Shown in pieces: positions 1 to 9,657 of a stretch of DNA of 62,932 bases. The notes beneath the pieces are model-generated. The model searched no databases. It saw only the letters and a program-made list of their open reading frames with translations, and was not told the origin of the DNA. The number at the start of each line of letters is the position of its first letter. The first letter of the stretch is position 1. The translations under genes and the position numbers were made by a program. The DNA comes from Deltaproteobacteria bacterium (GTDB taxonomy: Bacteria > Desulfobacterota > GWC2-55-46 > UBA9637 > GWC2-42-11). The stretch lies in contig JACRPW010000040.1 of the NCBI GenBank assembly GCA_016223005.1, positions 1 through 62,932 on the forward strand. The letters run 5' to 3'.

Positions 1-683
1 CCATTGCTGTTGTTGAAATCTCAAATTTATTTTCTGCGGATTTGTCCTGCATACTCATGCCTGATGATTCAAATGACACATTAAAGATTATAGCAATAGA
101 GCCGCAGACTCAACTATGCCGTGATTTTATAAACCTTAAAGAGTAATGCGCATTAAGCAGGGCAGTAAAGACAGGCAGTCTTGTTATCTCTAATGAAGCA
201 AATAATTGTCTTGCCAGAATTGCCGACACATCACTGTCAAACCTTTGTGTATGCCTGCCGCTGTATGCAAATAACAAGATTGCTGCCATACTGCTTATTC
301 AGCATCGTGATAAAAATGATGTGTCAAACGATGAAATAAACCTTCTAATTGCTGTCGGCAACCTCATCTCATCAAATATCCATCGCGCAGAATTATATAA
401 TAATCTCATCTATGAGAAGCAGCAGATTGAATCTGCAAACGCAAGAATCAAACACCTGAATTTTGAACTTGAACAAAGATATGTAGAATTACAAAACACA
501 CAGGAGCAGTTGGTCCAATCACAGAAGCTGGAGGCAATGGGGAGATTGGCAGGCGGTGTTGCCCATGACTTTAACAATATACTTGTAGTCATTCTTGGGT
601 ATGCAGAACTCTTGCTCTCAAAATTTAAGGAAAAAGGTGCTACAAAGAGCCCTCCAGAAAGCAGGTTATTGATTTGCAGGTAG
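1..683 (+). pseudogene. hybrid sensor histidine kinase, N-terminal fragment (GAF + HisKA/DHp), disrupted
   Basis: The frame with codons starting at 3,6,... reads a GAF-like sequence (IAVVEISNLF...[15 protein letters not shown]). It continues into a coiled coil and the H-box [25 protein letters not shown]. An in-frame TAA lies at 144-146, and the frame ends at 681-683 before the expected second DHp helix. Confidence 0.6.
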
Positions 684-1603
684 TAAGCCCAAATGATATT
701 GTAATCAATAACATAAACATCGTAAAGACCATGCTGCCAGAGGATGTGGAAACCATGGTTATCCCTTATCCTGAAATTATCAACATTGAAGCAGATACCC
801 ATAAGATTGAACAGGTGCTTATGAACCTTGTAATCAATGCTAAAGATGCAATGCCTGCCGGCGGAAGGATTACAATAAAGATAAATGTAATAGAACTGGA
901 TGGGATACAGGCAAAAAATCTTCATTTAAAAAAGGGCAGGTATGCTGTTGTATCTGTGTGCGATACAGGCGCAGGCATAATGGATGATGTTATGCCTCAC
1001 ATATTTGAGCCGTTTTTTACAACCAAGGATAAGGGTAAAGGCACAGGCTTGGGACTGTCTGTCGCATATGGGATTGTCCGGCAGCATAATGGGACAATAG
1101 ATGTGGAGAGTATGGCGGGCAGGGGTTCAATATTCAATGTTTACCTCCCTGTTACAGAAAAGATATTGAAAGAGGAGGATTCAAAACCAAGGCAGACTCA
1201 GAATGATTTGCCTTTAGGAAAAGAGAATATACTTGTTGCAGAGGATAATGAGGCTGTCCTTATCCTTATAAGTGATACACTAAAATCATTAGGCTACAAT
1301 GTTACAACAGCAGAAAATGGTTATGAGGCTATAAGGCTGGCAGAGGGAGCGGAAGGGCCTTTTGACATGCTTGTTACTGATGTGATTATGCCCCGTATGA
1401 ACGGCAAAGAATTGTTTGAAAGATTAAGCGCAAGGTTTCCATCTATGAAGGTGCTTTATATATCAGGTTATACTGATGATATAATACATAAATCAGGCAT
1501 TAAGGATAAGGATGTTGTTTTACTGGAAAAGCCATTTGACAAACAGAAACTTGCCCAAACAATAAGACATATCCTTGGCAGCAGCCCTTCAGAGAAATTT
1601 TAA
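674..1603 (+). CDS. hybrid sensor histidine kinase, C-terminal fragment (HATPase_c + receiver domain)
   Basis: [16 protein letters not shown] is readable upstream in this frame. N-box [17 protein letters not shown] and G-boxes DTGAGI and GTGLGLSV are present. A REC domain follows ([10 protein letters not shown]...[14 protein letters not shown]...EKPF). Confidence 0.8.
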   Translation: MQVVSPNDIVINNINIVKTMLPEDVETMVIPYPEIINIEADTHKIEQVLMNLVINAKDAMPAGGRITIKINVIELDGIQAKNLHLKKGRYAVVSVCDTGAGIMDDVMPHIFEPFFTTKDKGKGTGLGLSVAYGIVRQHNGTIDVESMAGRGSIFNVYLPVTEKILKEEDSKPRQTQNDLPLGKENILVAEDNEAVLILISDTLKSLGYNVTTAENGYEAIRLAEGAEGPFDMLVTDVIMPRMNGKELFERLSARFPSMKVLYISGYTDDIIHKSGIKDKDVVLLEKPFDKQKLAQTIRHILGSSPSEKF

Positions 1604-1628
1604 TCAATAAACCATAGGAGAAACCCAC

Positions 1629-3131
1629 ATGAGACAAAGTATACTTTTATCTATTATTGTTACTGTCTTGGTTTTTTGCCTTCACTCCCCTGCTTTAAGC
1701 ATGCAGGGGCAGGCTTCAGTCTCTCTTGCCAAGCCTTTTAAAACTACCCTTGATAACGGTATGACGGTTATCATTGAGGAAAATCATTCTGCGCCTGTTG
1801 TTGCATTTCAGATGTGGGTTAAAGTCGGCAGTGCAGACGAGGATGAAAACATAGCAGGTATCGCCCATGTATTTGAGCACATGCTCTTTAAAGGGACAAA
1901 AAAGAGAAGGGTTGGCGAGATTGCAAAAGAGGTGGATGAGGCAGGTGGAAATATCAATGCATTCACATCCTATGACCACACTGTATATCATCTTGTGCTT
2001 GCCGGCAGGTTTTTTGATAAAGGTCTGGACCTTATTGCAGATGCAATACAAAATTCATCCTTTGACCCTGATGAACTTGCGAAGGAGACAGAGGTGGTCC
2101 TTGAAGAACTCAAGATGGGTGAGGATGACCCAAGTAGAAAACTATATCAGAAATTACTAGACTCATCCTATACAACACATCCGTACAAAAGACCTGTAAT
2201 AGGCTTCCCTGATACGAAATCTGCATTTAAAGATTTTAAACCATCCCTTGACCCTCATAAGAAGAGGACTCGTGAACCAGAGCAAAAAAAGACAAATGGT
2301 TTTATCCTGAATGAAGAGATTAAAGAGGCAAGGCTTGGGCTTACATTCCATATCCCTGATTTAACCCATCCTGATATATATGCAATTGATGCCCTTGCAC
2401 TTATACTTGGACAAGGGGAAAGTTCAAGACTCTACCAAAGGCTAAAGGGAAAAGAATCCATTGTAAGTTCTATATCCTCCTATGCAATGACACCAAAAGA
2501 GCCGGGTTTGTTCTTTATAACATCCAGCCTTGAGACAGGAAATGTGAAAAAGACAGTTGCCGCTGTTTTAGAAGAGATAGCAAGGATTAAATATGAAGGT
2601 GTATTAGGTGCTGAACTTGAAAAGGCAAAACTTAATCTTGAAAGCGAGTTTATATATTCAAGGGAGACAAGGGAGGGAAGGGCAAGACAGTTAGGCTATT
2701 ATGAGACATCAGCGGGCGGGCTTGATTATGAAAAAAGGTATCTGGAAGGTATATCAAAGATTACCTCTTCTGACATCCGAAAATCTATTGAAAGATACTT
2801 AACCCCTGAGAATATGACTATCGGGCTTATGCTCCCAAAGGGCGAAAAGGCTCTTTTAACTCTGGATGAGATTTTAAAAACTGCAGGTGCATCAGTTGTT
2901 GAAACAGAAAAGTCATATAAAGAGGGTCAAGGGATGAAAGGCACAGAAGCGCCTTTCATGGTCAAGGGTCAGGAAACAATAAAAATCAAACTTGATAACG
3001 GCATGACCCTTATTGTCAAAGAAGACCATACAAACCCTGTGGTGGCAATGTATGCAGCGGTAGAGGGGGGTATAAGGTTTGAGGGAGAAAAGACAAATGG
3101 ACTCTCAAACTTTATTGAGGGAAATTTTTAA
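1629..3131 (+). CDS. M16 (pitrilysin/insulinase) family zinc peptidase, first unit plus start of a second unit
   Basis: Signal peptide is present, with the inverted zinc motif HVFEHMLFKGT and a downstream E (EVVLEELK). A second M16 unit begins at IKLDNGMTLIVKEDHTNPVV. The ORF stops abruptly after GLSNFIEGNF. Confidence 0.8.
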   Translation: MRQSILLSIIVTVLVFCLHSPALSMQGQASVSLAKPFKTTLDNGMTVIIEENHSAPVVAFQMWVKVGSADEDENIAGIAHVFEHMLFKGTKKRRVGEIAKEVDEAGGNINAFTSYDHTVYHLVLAGRFFDKGLDLIADAIQNSSFDPDELAKETEVVLEELKMGEDDPSRKLYQKLLDSSYTTHPYKRPVIGFPDTKSAFKDFKPSLDPHKKRTREPEQKKTNGFILNEEIKEARLGLTFHIPDLTHPDIYAIDALALILGQGESSRLYQRLKGKESIVSSISSYAMTPKEPGLFFITSSLETGNVKKTVAAVLEEIARIKYEGVLGAELEKAKLNLESEFIYSRETREGRARQLGYYETSAGGLDYEKRYLEGISKITSSDIRKSIERYLTPENMTIGLMLPKGEKALLTLDEILKTAGASVVETEKSYKEGQGMKGTEAPFMVKGQETIKIKLDNGMTLIVKEDHTNPVVAMYAAVEGGIRFEGEKTNGLSNFIEGNF

Positions 3132-3316
3132 GCAGGTTTTTTGACAGAGGACTGGAGATACTTGCAGACAGTCTTCAAAACCCTGTATTTCCTGAAGATG
3201 AGATAGAAAAGACAAGAAAAGAGATTTTATCTGCCATAAAGAATCAAGAGGATTATCTGCCGGGGTATACATTTAATAAATTCAGTGAAACACTGTATGA
3301 AAAACACCCATACAGG

Positions 3317-4132
3317 ATGAATCTGTTAGGCACTAAGGAACTTATAGAGGGATACACAAGGGAAAACCTTTTAAGATTTTACGAATCTATCGTCTATCCT
3401 GATGCAGTGGTAATATCTATTGTTGGTGATGTGAATACAGATGATGTTATCAAAAGGGCAAATGAACTTTTTGTGCCTGCAAGCAGCAAGCAGTTGACAA
3501 ACAAAAAGGGTGAAGGCATAAAGCCCATGCCTCTGGAAAAAAAGAGGGCATTTATTAAAAAAAATGAGATTTTTAAAGAAAAACAGCAGTCACATATTGC
3601 CATAGGCTTTTTGGGCGCCACTATTACAGGCAGGGACAGGTATCCCCTTCAGGTTATATCAAGTATCATGTCAGGACAGGGGGGCAGGCTTTTTATAGAA
3701 CTCAGGGATAAAAAGGCGCTTGCCTATTCTGTTTCTGCAATTCAGAGGGACGGCATAGAGCCGGGGTTTTTTGCGGTTTATATGGGGACATCCCCTGACA
3801 AGATAAGTGAAGCGGTAAATGGAATACTGGATGAGTTTAGAAAGATAGTTGAACAAGGGGTAACTGATGAGGAACTGAAAAGGGCTAAGGCAGAGATTAT
3901 AGGAAACTATGAAATCGGACTTCAGGAGGCATCAGACAGGGCATCTGATATGGCTTTCAATGAACTCTATGGGTTGGGTTATGATGAACACAAGAGGTTT
4001 GCAGGAAAGATTGAATCTGTTACAAAAGAGGAGGTCATAAATACCGCAAGAAGATACTTTGATATGAATGCATACACTATTGTGATTGTGGGACAAACAC
4101 ACCTGCCAGCAAGTTGGCACAAAGGAGAATGA
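3317..4132 (+). CDS. M16 peptidase, C-terminal (inactive-type) half; continuation of the previous gene in another frame
   Basis: The same frame reads M16 sequence already from 3119 (FLSRFFDRGLEILADSLQNPVFPEDEIEKTRKEILSAIKNQED). An M16_C-like segment follows (LLRFYESIVYPDAVVISIVGDV). There is no start codon before 3317. Confidence 0.75.
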   Translation: MNLLGTKELIEGYTRENLLRFYESIVYPDAVVISIVGDVNTDDVIKRANELFVPASSKQLTNKKGEGIKPMPLEKKRAFIKKNEIFKEKQQSHIAIGFLGATITGRDRYPLQVISSIMSGQGGRLFIELRDKKALAYSVSAIQRDGIEPGFFAVYMGTSPDKISEAVNGILDEFRKIVEQGVTDEELKRAKAEIIGNYEIGLQEASDRASDMAFNELYGLGYDEHKRFAGKIESVTKEEVINTARRYFDMNAYTIVIVGQTHLPASWHKGE

Positions 4133-4156
4133 AAATATTATCATAGTTACATCGGC

Positions 4157-6523
4157 TTACCCTATAGTTGCCAGTTCAAACCTTTCCTGCCATCTATTTT
4201 TCAATATCACCTTTAAGATTCTATTTTCCTGCCTGATTAAGTCAGGGTCTTCCTTAACCAGATTAAATGCCTCATCCCTTGCATTTTTTAGCAAGGCTGC
4301 ATCATGCAGTAAATCAGATACCCTGAAGTCAGGGATACCTGACTGCCTTGTCCCAAGAAAATCACCTGGTCCCCGTATCTTTAAATCTTCTTCTGCAATC
4401 CTAAAGCCGTCGTTTGTTCCCTCCATAATCTTTAATCTTTTGTATGTATCAACAGAGCCGATCTTGTATGCAAGGAGCAGACAAAATGACTTATGTCCCC
4501 CTCTTCCAACCCTGCCGCGCAATTGATGCAGTTGTGATAATCCAAACCTTTCTGCATGTTCAATCAGCATAACAGTTGCATTGGGAATATCAATGCCAAC
4601 CTCTATAACAGTTGTGGATACAAGGATATCTATATCTTTATCCTTGAATGACTTCATTATATCCTCCTTCTCTCTGACATGCAGTTTTCCGTGGAGAAGT
4701 CCTATCCTGAAATCAGGAAATACATCCTTCTTTAAATGCCCTGCCATACTCGTTGCATCTCTAAGCCCCAATTCCTCTTTTTCTTCTATGAGCGGATATA
4801 CAATATAAACCTGCCTGCCTTTATTAAGTTCATCCCTTAAAACCCTGTAAATCCGTTCCCTGTCTTTTTCCCTAAAAACCATTGTATCCACAGGCTTCCT
4901 CCCTGAAGGAAGTTCATCAATGATAGAGACATCAAGGTCTCCGAAAACAGTCATGGTAAGGGTTCTTGGTATAGGCGTGGCAGTCATTACTACCATATCA
5001 GGTGATAACCCCCCTGCGCCTTTTCTTTTCAGCATTGCCCTTTGAATAACCCCGAACTTATGCTGTTCATCTATTACAGCAATGCCGAGTTTTTTAAATT
5101 CAACATCATCCTGTATCAGTGCATGGGTGCCGATGACCAGATTTATCTTCCCATCTTTTATTTGAGAAATAAGTTCCTTTCTTTCAGATTTTGAGACACT
5201 GCTTGTCAAAAGGCATGTATTTATGTCAACCTCACTGGCAAATTTATGGATATTCAGATAATGCTGTTCTGCAAGGATTTCTGTTGGCGACATAAATGCT
5301 GCCTGATACCCATTATCTATTGCTATTAAAACCGAGATGAATGCAACTATGGTCTTGCCTGAGCCAACATCCCCCTGTATCAGGCGATTCATAGGATAGA
5401 TAGATGACATATCATTTTTGATTTCAGATATAACCCTTTCCTGTGCAGTGGTTAATTTGTATGGAATGAGTCTTTTAAGTTTCTGACTACGGGCAGAGTC
5501 TGTGTTAAATGAAATACCACCCTCTCTTATAATATCCCTTTTTTTTATGGCAAGCCCGAGTTCAAGGAAAAACAGTTCGTCAAAGACAAGGCTCTTTCTT
5601 GCCAGAAAATCCTTTGAGTCCATGCACTCTAAACCTGCAGGCATATGGCACTGCCTTATTGCACTGCTGAGTTCCATAAGGGCATACCTTTTTTTGATAC
5701 TGTCGGGAAGTCCTCCAATCATAAGTCCGGCATATTCATTAACTGCATTCCTCATAATCTTTCTGACAGTCTTCTGATGGAGATTGCCCACACTTGAATA
5801 TACAGGCACAATGGAATTAAAATTAATTGAATCAAACCCTTCTCCTTCATCCGCTATCTCTATATCAGGATGGACAATCTCTTTCTGGTTATTAAATGCC
5901 CCTACACTGCCAAAGGCTATAATCCTCTGCCCTGCCTTATACCGCCTTTTCATTGCATTCAAACTGTAATTAAACCATTTGAGTTTCAAGATAGCGGAGC
6001 CATCGCTGATAACAATCTCAAATATCCTTTTCCTTCCGTAAAAGACCTCCCCCAGCACCATTATTTCACCTGCTGCCACATCTTTTGAACCCGGCAGAAG
6101 TTGAGAAATCTTTTTTATATTGCGTCTATCTTCATAGCGAAACGGGAGAAAGTAAAGCAAATCAAAAATTGTATCAACCCTTTTTTTTCTAAACCATTCT
6201 CCAACCTTAGGTCCAACACCTTTTACATATTCAATCTGCGTAGATAGTTTTTTTAAGTTATTTTCAATCTCTCTTATATTTGGAAGATGATATAAAATAT
6301 CTTTGGCAGTTTCATGTTTTTGTCTGTCATGAACCTCTGCCCCTTCGTTCAATATCCTTTTTACAATCTCGTGAGCCTTTGCAATTCTGTCTTTTTTATC
6401 TTCAACGCCTAACCTGTCAAACCCTTCAAATATATTTTTAAGTTCTGTTGCCTTATTGAGATTATCCTTGTGTGCTTGAGATGACAATGCCGTGTCGCAT
6501 ACCTTTTTTACAAAGGATTCCAT
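4157..6523 (-). CDS. recG: ATP-dependent DNA helicase RecG
   Basis: Wedge region LPFRYEDRR, Walker A GDVGSGKT, DEQHKFG, and helicase C motifs (HGKL...VSTTVIEVGIDIPNA...QLRGRVGRG). It carries an N-terminal extension of about 95 aa. Confidence 0.93.
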   Translation of the reverse strand: MESFVKKVCDTALSSQAHKDNLNKATELKNIFEGFDRLGVEDKKDRIAKAHEIVKRILNEGAEVHDRQKHETAKDILYHLPNIREIENNLKKLSTQIEYVKGVGPKVGEWFRKKRVDTIFDLLYFLPFRYEDRRNIKKISQLLPGSKDVAAGEIMVLGEVFYGRKRIFEIVISDGSAILKLKWFNYSLNAMKRRYKAGQRIIAFGSVGAFNNQKEIVHPDIEIADEGEGFDSINFNSIVPVYSSVGNLHQKTVRKIMRNAVNEYAGLMIGGLPDSIKKRYALMELSSAIRQCHMPAGLECMDSKDFLARKSLVFDELFFLELGLAIKKRDIIREGGISFNTDSARSQKLKRLIPYKLTTAQERVISEIKNDMSSIYPMNRLIQGDVGSGKTIVAFISVLIAIDNGYQAAFMSPTEILAEQHYLNIHKFASEVDINTCLLTSSVSKSERKELISQIKDGKINLVIGTHALIQDDVEFKKLGIAVIDEQHKFGVIQRAMLKRKGAGGLSPDMVVMTATPIPRTLTMTVFGDLDVSIIDELPSGRKPVDTMVFREKDRERIYRVLRDELNKGRQVYIVYPLIEEKEELGLRDATSMAGHLKKDVFPDFRIGLLHGKLHVREKEDIMKSFKDKDIDILVSTTVIEVGIDIPNATVMLIEHAERFGLSQLHQLRGRVGRGGHKSFCLLLAYKIGSVDTYKRLKIMEGTNDGFRIAEEDLKIRGPGDFLGTRQSGIPDFRVSDLLHDAALLKNARDEAFNLVKEDPDLIRQENRILKVILKNRWQERFELATIG

Positions 6524-6571
6524 ATCTTTAATTGAAGAAATAATCCAAAAAAAGCAGTTGCATTTTTTGGG

Positions 6572-7999
6572 TTACGCATTATTTGAGATAACATCATAAT
6601 CCATATGGGCATGCTCTAGGTTTGCAAATGCTGTAAATTTGTTCTGGAATGCAAGTTTAACCTTGCCTGTTGGTCCGTTTCTTTGTTTTGCAATTATTAT
6701 ATCTGCTGTGCCTCGTCTGCCGCAGGTGCAGGACAGGTCATGAGGACACTCACACGGCTTATAATACTCCTCCCTGTAGAGGAAAACCACTACATCCGCA
6801 TCCTGCTCTATAGCGCCTGATTCTCTTAAATCAGCCAACTGCGGCTCTCTATTCTCACCCCGGAGTTCAGGTCTTCTTGATAACTGTGAGAGCGCCACTA
6901 CCGGGAGATTTAGTTCTTTTGCCATTGCCTTTAGTGACCTGGAGATATCAGATATCTCCTGTTCGCGGTTGCTTGCACCGCCTCTTCCCCTCATCAGCTG
7001 CAGATAATCAACTATAACAAGACCCAGCCCATCCTTTTCCATCTTAAGTCGTCGTGTCTTTGCCCTCATTTCAAGAACTGTCATGGCAGGCGTGTCGTCA
7101 ATATAAATGGGGGACTCAGAGAGTGTTCCTGCTGCCCTGGTTAACTTCCCCCAGTGCTTATCCTCCAGAAACCCTCTGCGAATCCTGCTGGAGTCAACCC
7201 GTGCCTCTGATGAAAGCATCCTCTGGACAAGCTGCTCCTTGCTCATTTCAAGAGAAAATATAGCCACAGGAACCTTAGACTCTATTGCTGCATACTGGGC
7301 AATATTAAGGCAAAAGGATGTCTTACCCATGCTTGGTCTTCCTGCAACTATAATAAGGTCAGAAGGCTGAAACCCAGCAGTCATCTTGTCAAACTCAACA
7401 AAACCAGATGCAACACCTGTGATATGCTCCTTCTTGTCATACAATCTTTCTATAGTGCGGAATGTATCTTTTATAAGGTCTTCAATCTTAAAGAACGACT
7501 GCCTTATCTTGTCCTGTGATACCTGAAAGATTATCCTCTCTGCGTCATCTAAAAAATCATCAATCCCCTCACTGCCATCAAAAGAACGTGTTACTATCTC
7601 TGTCGCAGCAGTAATGAGCCTCCTTAAGATAGATTTTTCCCTTACTATTTTGGCATAGTAAGCAATATTAGCAGCAGTCGGAACAGCGTCTGCAAGGACT
7701 GCAACATACGATGCGCCGCCCACCGCCTCTATACTGCCTGCATTTCTTAAGGCATCTGAAAGTGTAACAATATCTATAGGTATGCCCTTGTCTGAAAGGG
7801 ATACCATAGTCTGGAAGACCTTTTTATGGGCATCCAGATAAAAATCGCTGCCATCCCCGCCTAGTATCTCAACAACCTTGTTTATTGCTGTATCGTCAAG
7901 CAAGATACCGCCCAGAATAGACTGCTCTGCCTCTATGTTCTGCGGCTGGACTTTATGCAGTGATGTATCATGAGACCTGCTGTTAGGCTGGATTGCCAT
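6572..7999 (-). CDS. dnaB: replicative DNA helicase DnaB
   Basis: N-terminal QNIEAEQSILGGILLD, Walker A GRPSMGKTSF, IVDYLQLM, and AKQRNGPTG. Confidence 0.95.
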   Translation of the reverse strand: MAIQPNSRSHDTSLHKVQPQNIEAEQSILGGILLDDTAINKVVEILGGDGSDFYLDAHKKVFQTMVSLSDKGIPIDIVTLSDALRNAGSIEAVGGASYVAVLADAVPTAANIAYYAKIVREKSILRRLITAATEIVTRSFDGSEGIDDFLDDAERIIFQVSQDKIRQSFFKIEDLIKDTFRTIERLYDKKEHITGVASGFVEFDKMTAGFQPSDLIIVAGRPSMGKTSFCLNIAQYAAIESKVPVAIFSLEMSKEQLVQRMLSSEARVDSSRIRRGFLEDKHWGKLTRAAGTLSESPIYIDDTPAMTVLEMRAKTRRLKMEKDGLGLVIVDYLQLMRGRGGASNREQEISDISRSLKAMAKELNLPVVALSQLSRRPELRGENREPQLADLRESGAIEQDADVVVFLYREEYYKPCECPHDLSCTCGRRGTADIIIAKQRNGPTGKVKLAFQNKFTAFANLEHAHMDYDVISNNA

Positions 8000-8112
8000 G
8001 AGTGGAAAACCCTCAAAAAAGGTTAAAGGCTAATGGCAAAAGGCAAAATGTTTTTGGTTTTTTCTTTAACCTTTAGCCGTGAAAAGCATGCTTTTCACCC
8101 CTTTGCCTGTTT

Positions 8113-8556
8113 TTACTCTTTTTCAATAATAACCTTAATATGTGCAGTAATATCCTGATGAAGTTTGACAGCAACCATATGTTCACCAATTGCCTTGATA
8201 GGGTCAGATAGTACAATCTTTCTACGGTCAATAGAAAGACCCTGTTCATTCAGGCTGGCGTCGATGTCCATTGAGGTGACAGAACCAAAAAGTTTGTCAT
8301 CATCACCAGCCTTTCTAACGAATTTCAAGATAATGCCCTCAAGTTTTTCACATAACCTTCCTGCCTCATCTTTTAGTTTTAGTAACTTCCTTTCAACCCC
8401 CTGCTTCTCATTTTCCCATATCTTTATATTTTGCTGTGTTGCCTCTACAACAAGCCCTTGCGGAAGGAGATAGTTTCTGGCATAGCCATCTGCCACTTTT
8501 ATTATCTCCCCCAGTTTACCCAGCGATGAAATATCCTCTTTTAATATGATTTCCAT
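8113..8556 (-). CDS. rplI: 50S ribosomal protein L9
   Basis: MEIILKEDISSLGKLGEIIKVADGYARNYLLPQGL. Size and rpsF-rpsR-rplI synteny fit. Confidence 0.93.
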   Translation of the reverse strand: MEIILKEDISSLGKLGEIIKVADGYARNYLLPQGLVVEATQQNIKIWENEKQGVERKLLKLKDEAGRLCEKLEGIILKFVRKAGDDDKLFGSVTSMDIDASLNEQGLSIDRRKIVLSDPIKAIGEHMVAVKLHQDITAHIKVIIEKE

Positions 8557-8661
8557 TCTATGCCTCCGTTTGATTTAAGGTCTATAGGAAAACGATGTAA
8601 TGATGTAACGCGGGAAAAGTTTTTCTTTCTAGCTTTTCTCGCCTTTCCCGCCTTTTTTGTG

Positions 8662-8940
8662 TTAAATAGTTGCACTTGCAAATGGTAGAATTGCTATAAC
8701 CCGTGCCCTTTTTATTGCCTCGGTAACTGTCCTTTGATGTTTTGCGCAATTGCCTGTTATGCGGCTCGGCATGATTTTGCCGCGTTCTGAAATGAACGAC
8801 TTAAGCATCCTTGCATCCTTGTAATCTATCGGGATAGAGGCATCCGCACAAAAACGGCATATCTTTTTCTTTTGATAAATCTTTTTCCCTCCCTGTTTAT
8901 CGTCACGGGTTGTTTTCTTATGACTTTTTTTATTATACAT
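8662..8940 (-). CDS. rpsR: 30S ribosomal protein S18
   Basis: [43 protein letters not shown]. Confidence 0.93.
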   Translation of the reverse strand: MYNKKSHKKTTRDDKQGGKKIYQKKKICRFCADASIPIDYKDARMLKSFISERGKIMPSRITGNCAKHQRTVTEAIKRARVIAILPFASATI

Positions 8941-9280
8941 TTTTTACCTCCACAGTCGTCTCCGCCTCCTTGGGAACAGGGGGCTTTTGCGCCTTCTGCT
9001 GCCTTATAGTCTGAAACCGCAGGCAATTTTCATTTAGTCTGAGCATTCTTTCAATCCCTTTTGGCACAGACGCATCACCCGAAAAATTAATAAGCACATA
9101 GTATCCTTCCTGATGACGTTGGATAGGATAGGCAAGTCTCCTTTTCCCCCATTCATCCACACTAATGATACTGCCTTTCAGATCTTCTGCCGTAGTCCCT
9201 GCCTTCTGAATAATACCTTTTATGGTCTCGTCTACTGCATCAGGCTTAATAATAAACACAATCTCATACAAACTGCTCAT
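8933..9280 (-). CDS. rpsF: 30S ribosomal protein S6
   Basis: [10 protein letters not shown]...[13 protein letters not shown]. It overlaps the rpsR start by 8 nt. Confidence 0.92.
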   Translation of the reverse strand: MSSLYEIVFIIKPDAVDETIKGIIQKAGTTAEDLKGSIISVDEWGKRRLAYPIQRHQEGYYVLINFSGDASVPKGIERMLRLNENCLRFQTIRQQKAQKPPVPKEAETTVEVKNV

Positions 9281-9657
9281 ATTAAAACCTCCTTATGGAT
9301 TTTGTCTTAACACTTAAGACAATTAAGCCACCTGCCTCTTTAGGCAAAGGGCAAGGATAATTTATATATCTACTATAAATAAACATCATAAGGCAAGAGT
9401 TTTTTTAAGGTCTTAAGGGGGTCAAATCTTTTCAGCCTGTTGAAAAACTCTTCTAAAAGCATTTCACAATAACATTTCAAAGGAGGAAAAGGGGAAGGAT
9501 ACCCCTTTCTTATCTCTGACACAAACTATGATACATTACCGTACATTATTTGTATTTGTGCCATTTTCAAATTGGGTTAAAATAATAATGCAAACTGTAT
9601 TTTGTTATGCTATATAATTTCCAATAAATAATGCTATTTAAAAATAGGGGTAAATAA

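Noticed and set aside
410-925. Large antisense or shadow ORFs (for example 410-925 minus, 10928-11452 minus, 17463-17873 plus, 30021-30632 plus, 41869-42429 minus, 42800-43474 plus, 60600-61157 plus)
   Set aside because: Each lies entirely opposite a gene with clear family motifs. They have low-complexity or Ser/Pro/Ile-rich composition and no SD.
8021-8100. Palindrome GTGAAAAGCATGCTTTTCAC and neighbouring aaaggttaaagg/ctttaaccttt pairing between rplI and dnaB as a terminator
   Set aside because: No U-run follows on the transcribed (minus) strand, and dnaB is usually co-transcribed with rplI. It is probably another repeat-type hairpin rather than a terminator.
9281-9360. Hairpin gtcttaagtgttaagac in the rpsF 5' leader as the S6:S18 autoregulatory leader
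   Set aside because: The location is plausible, but I cannot verify the conserved leader motif by eye, so it is not called as a feature.
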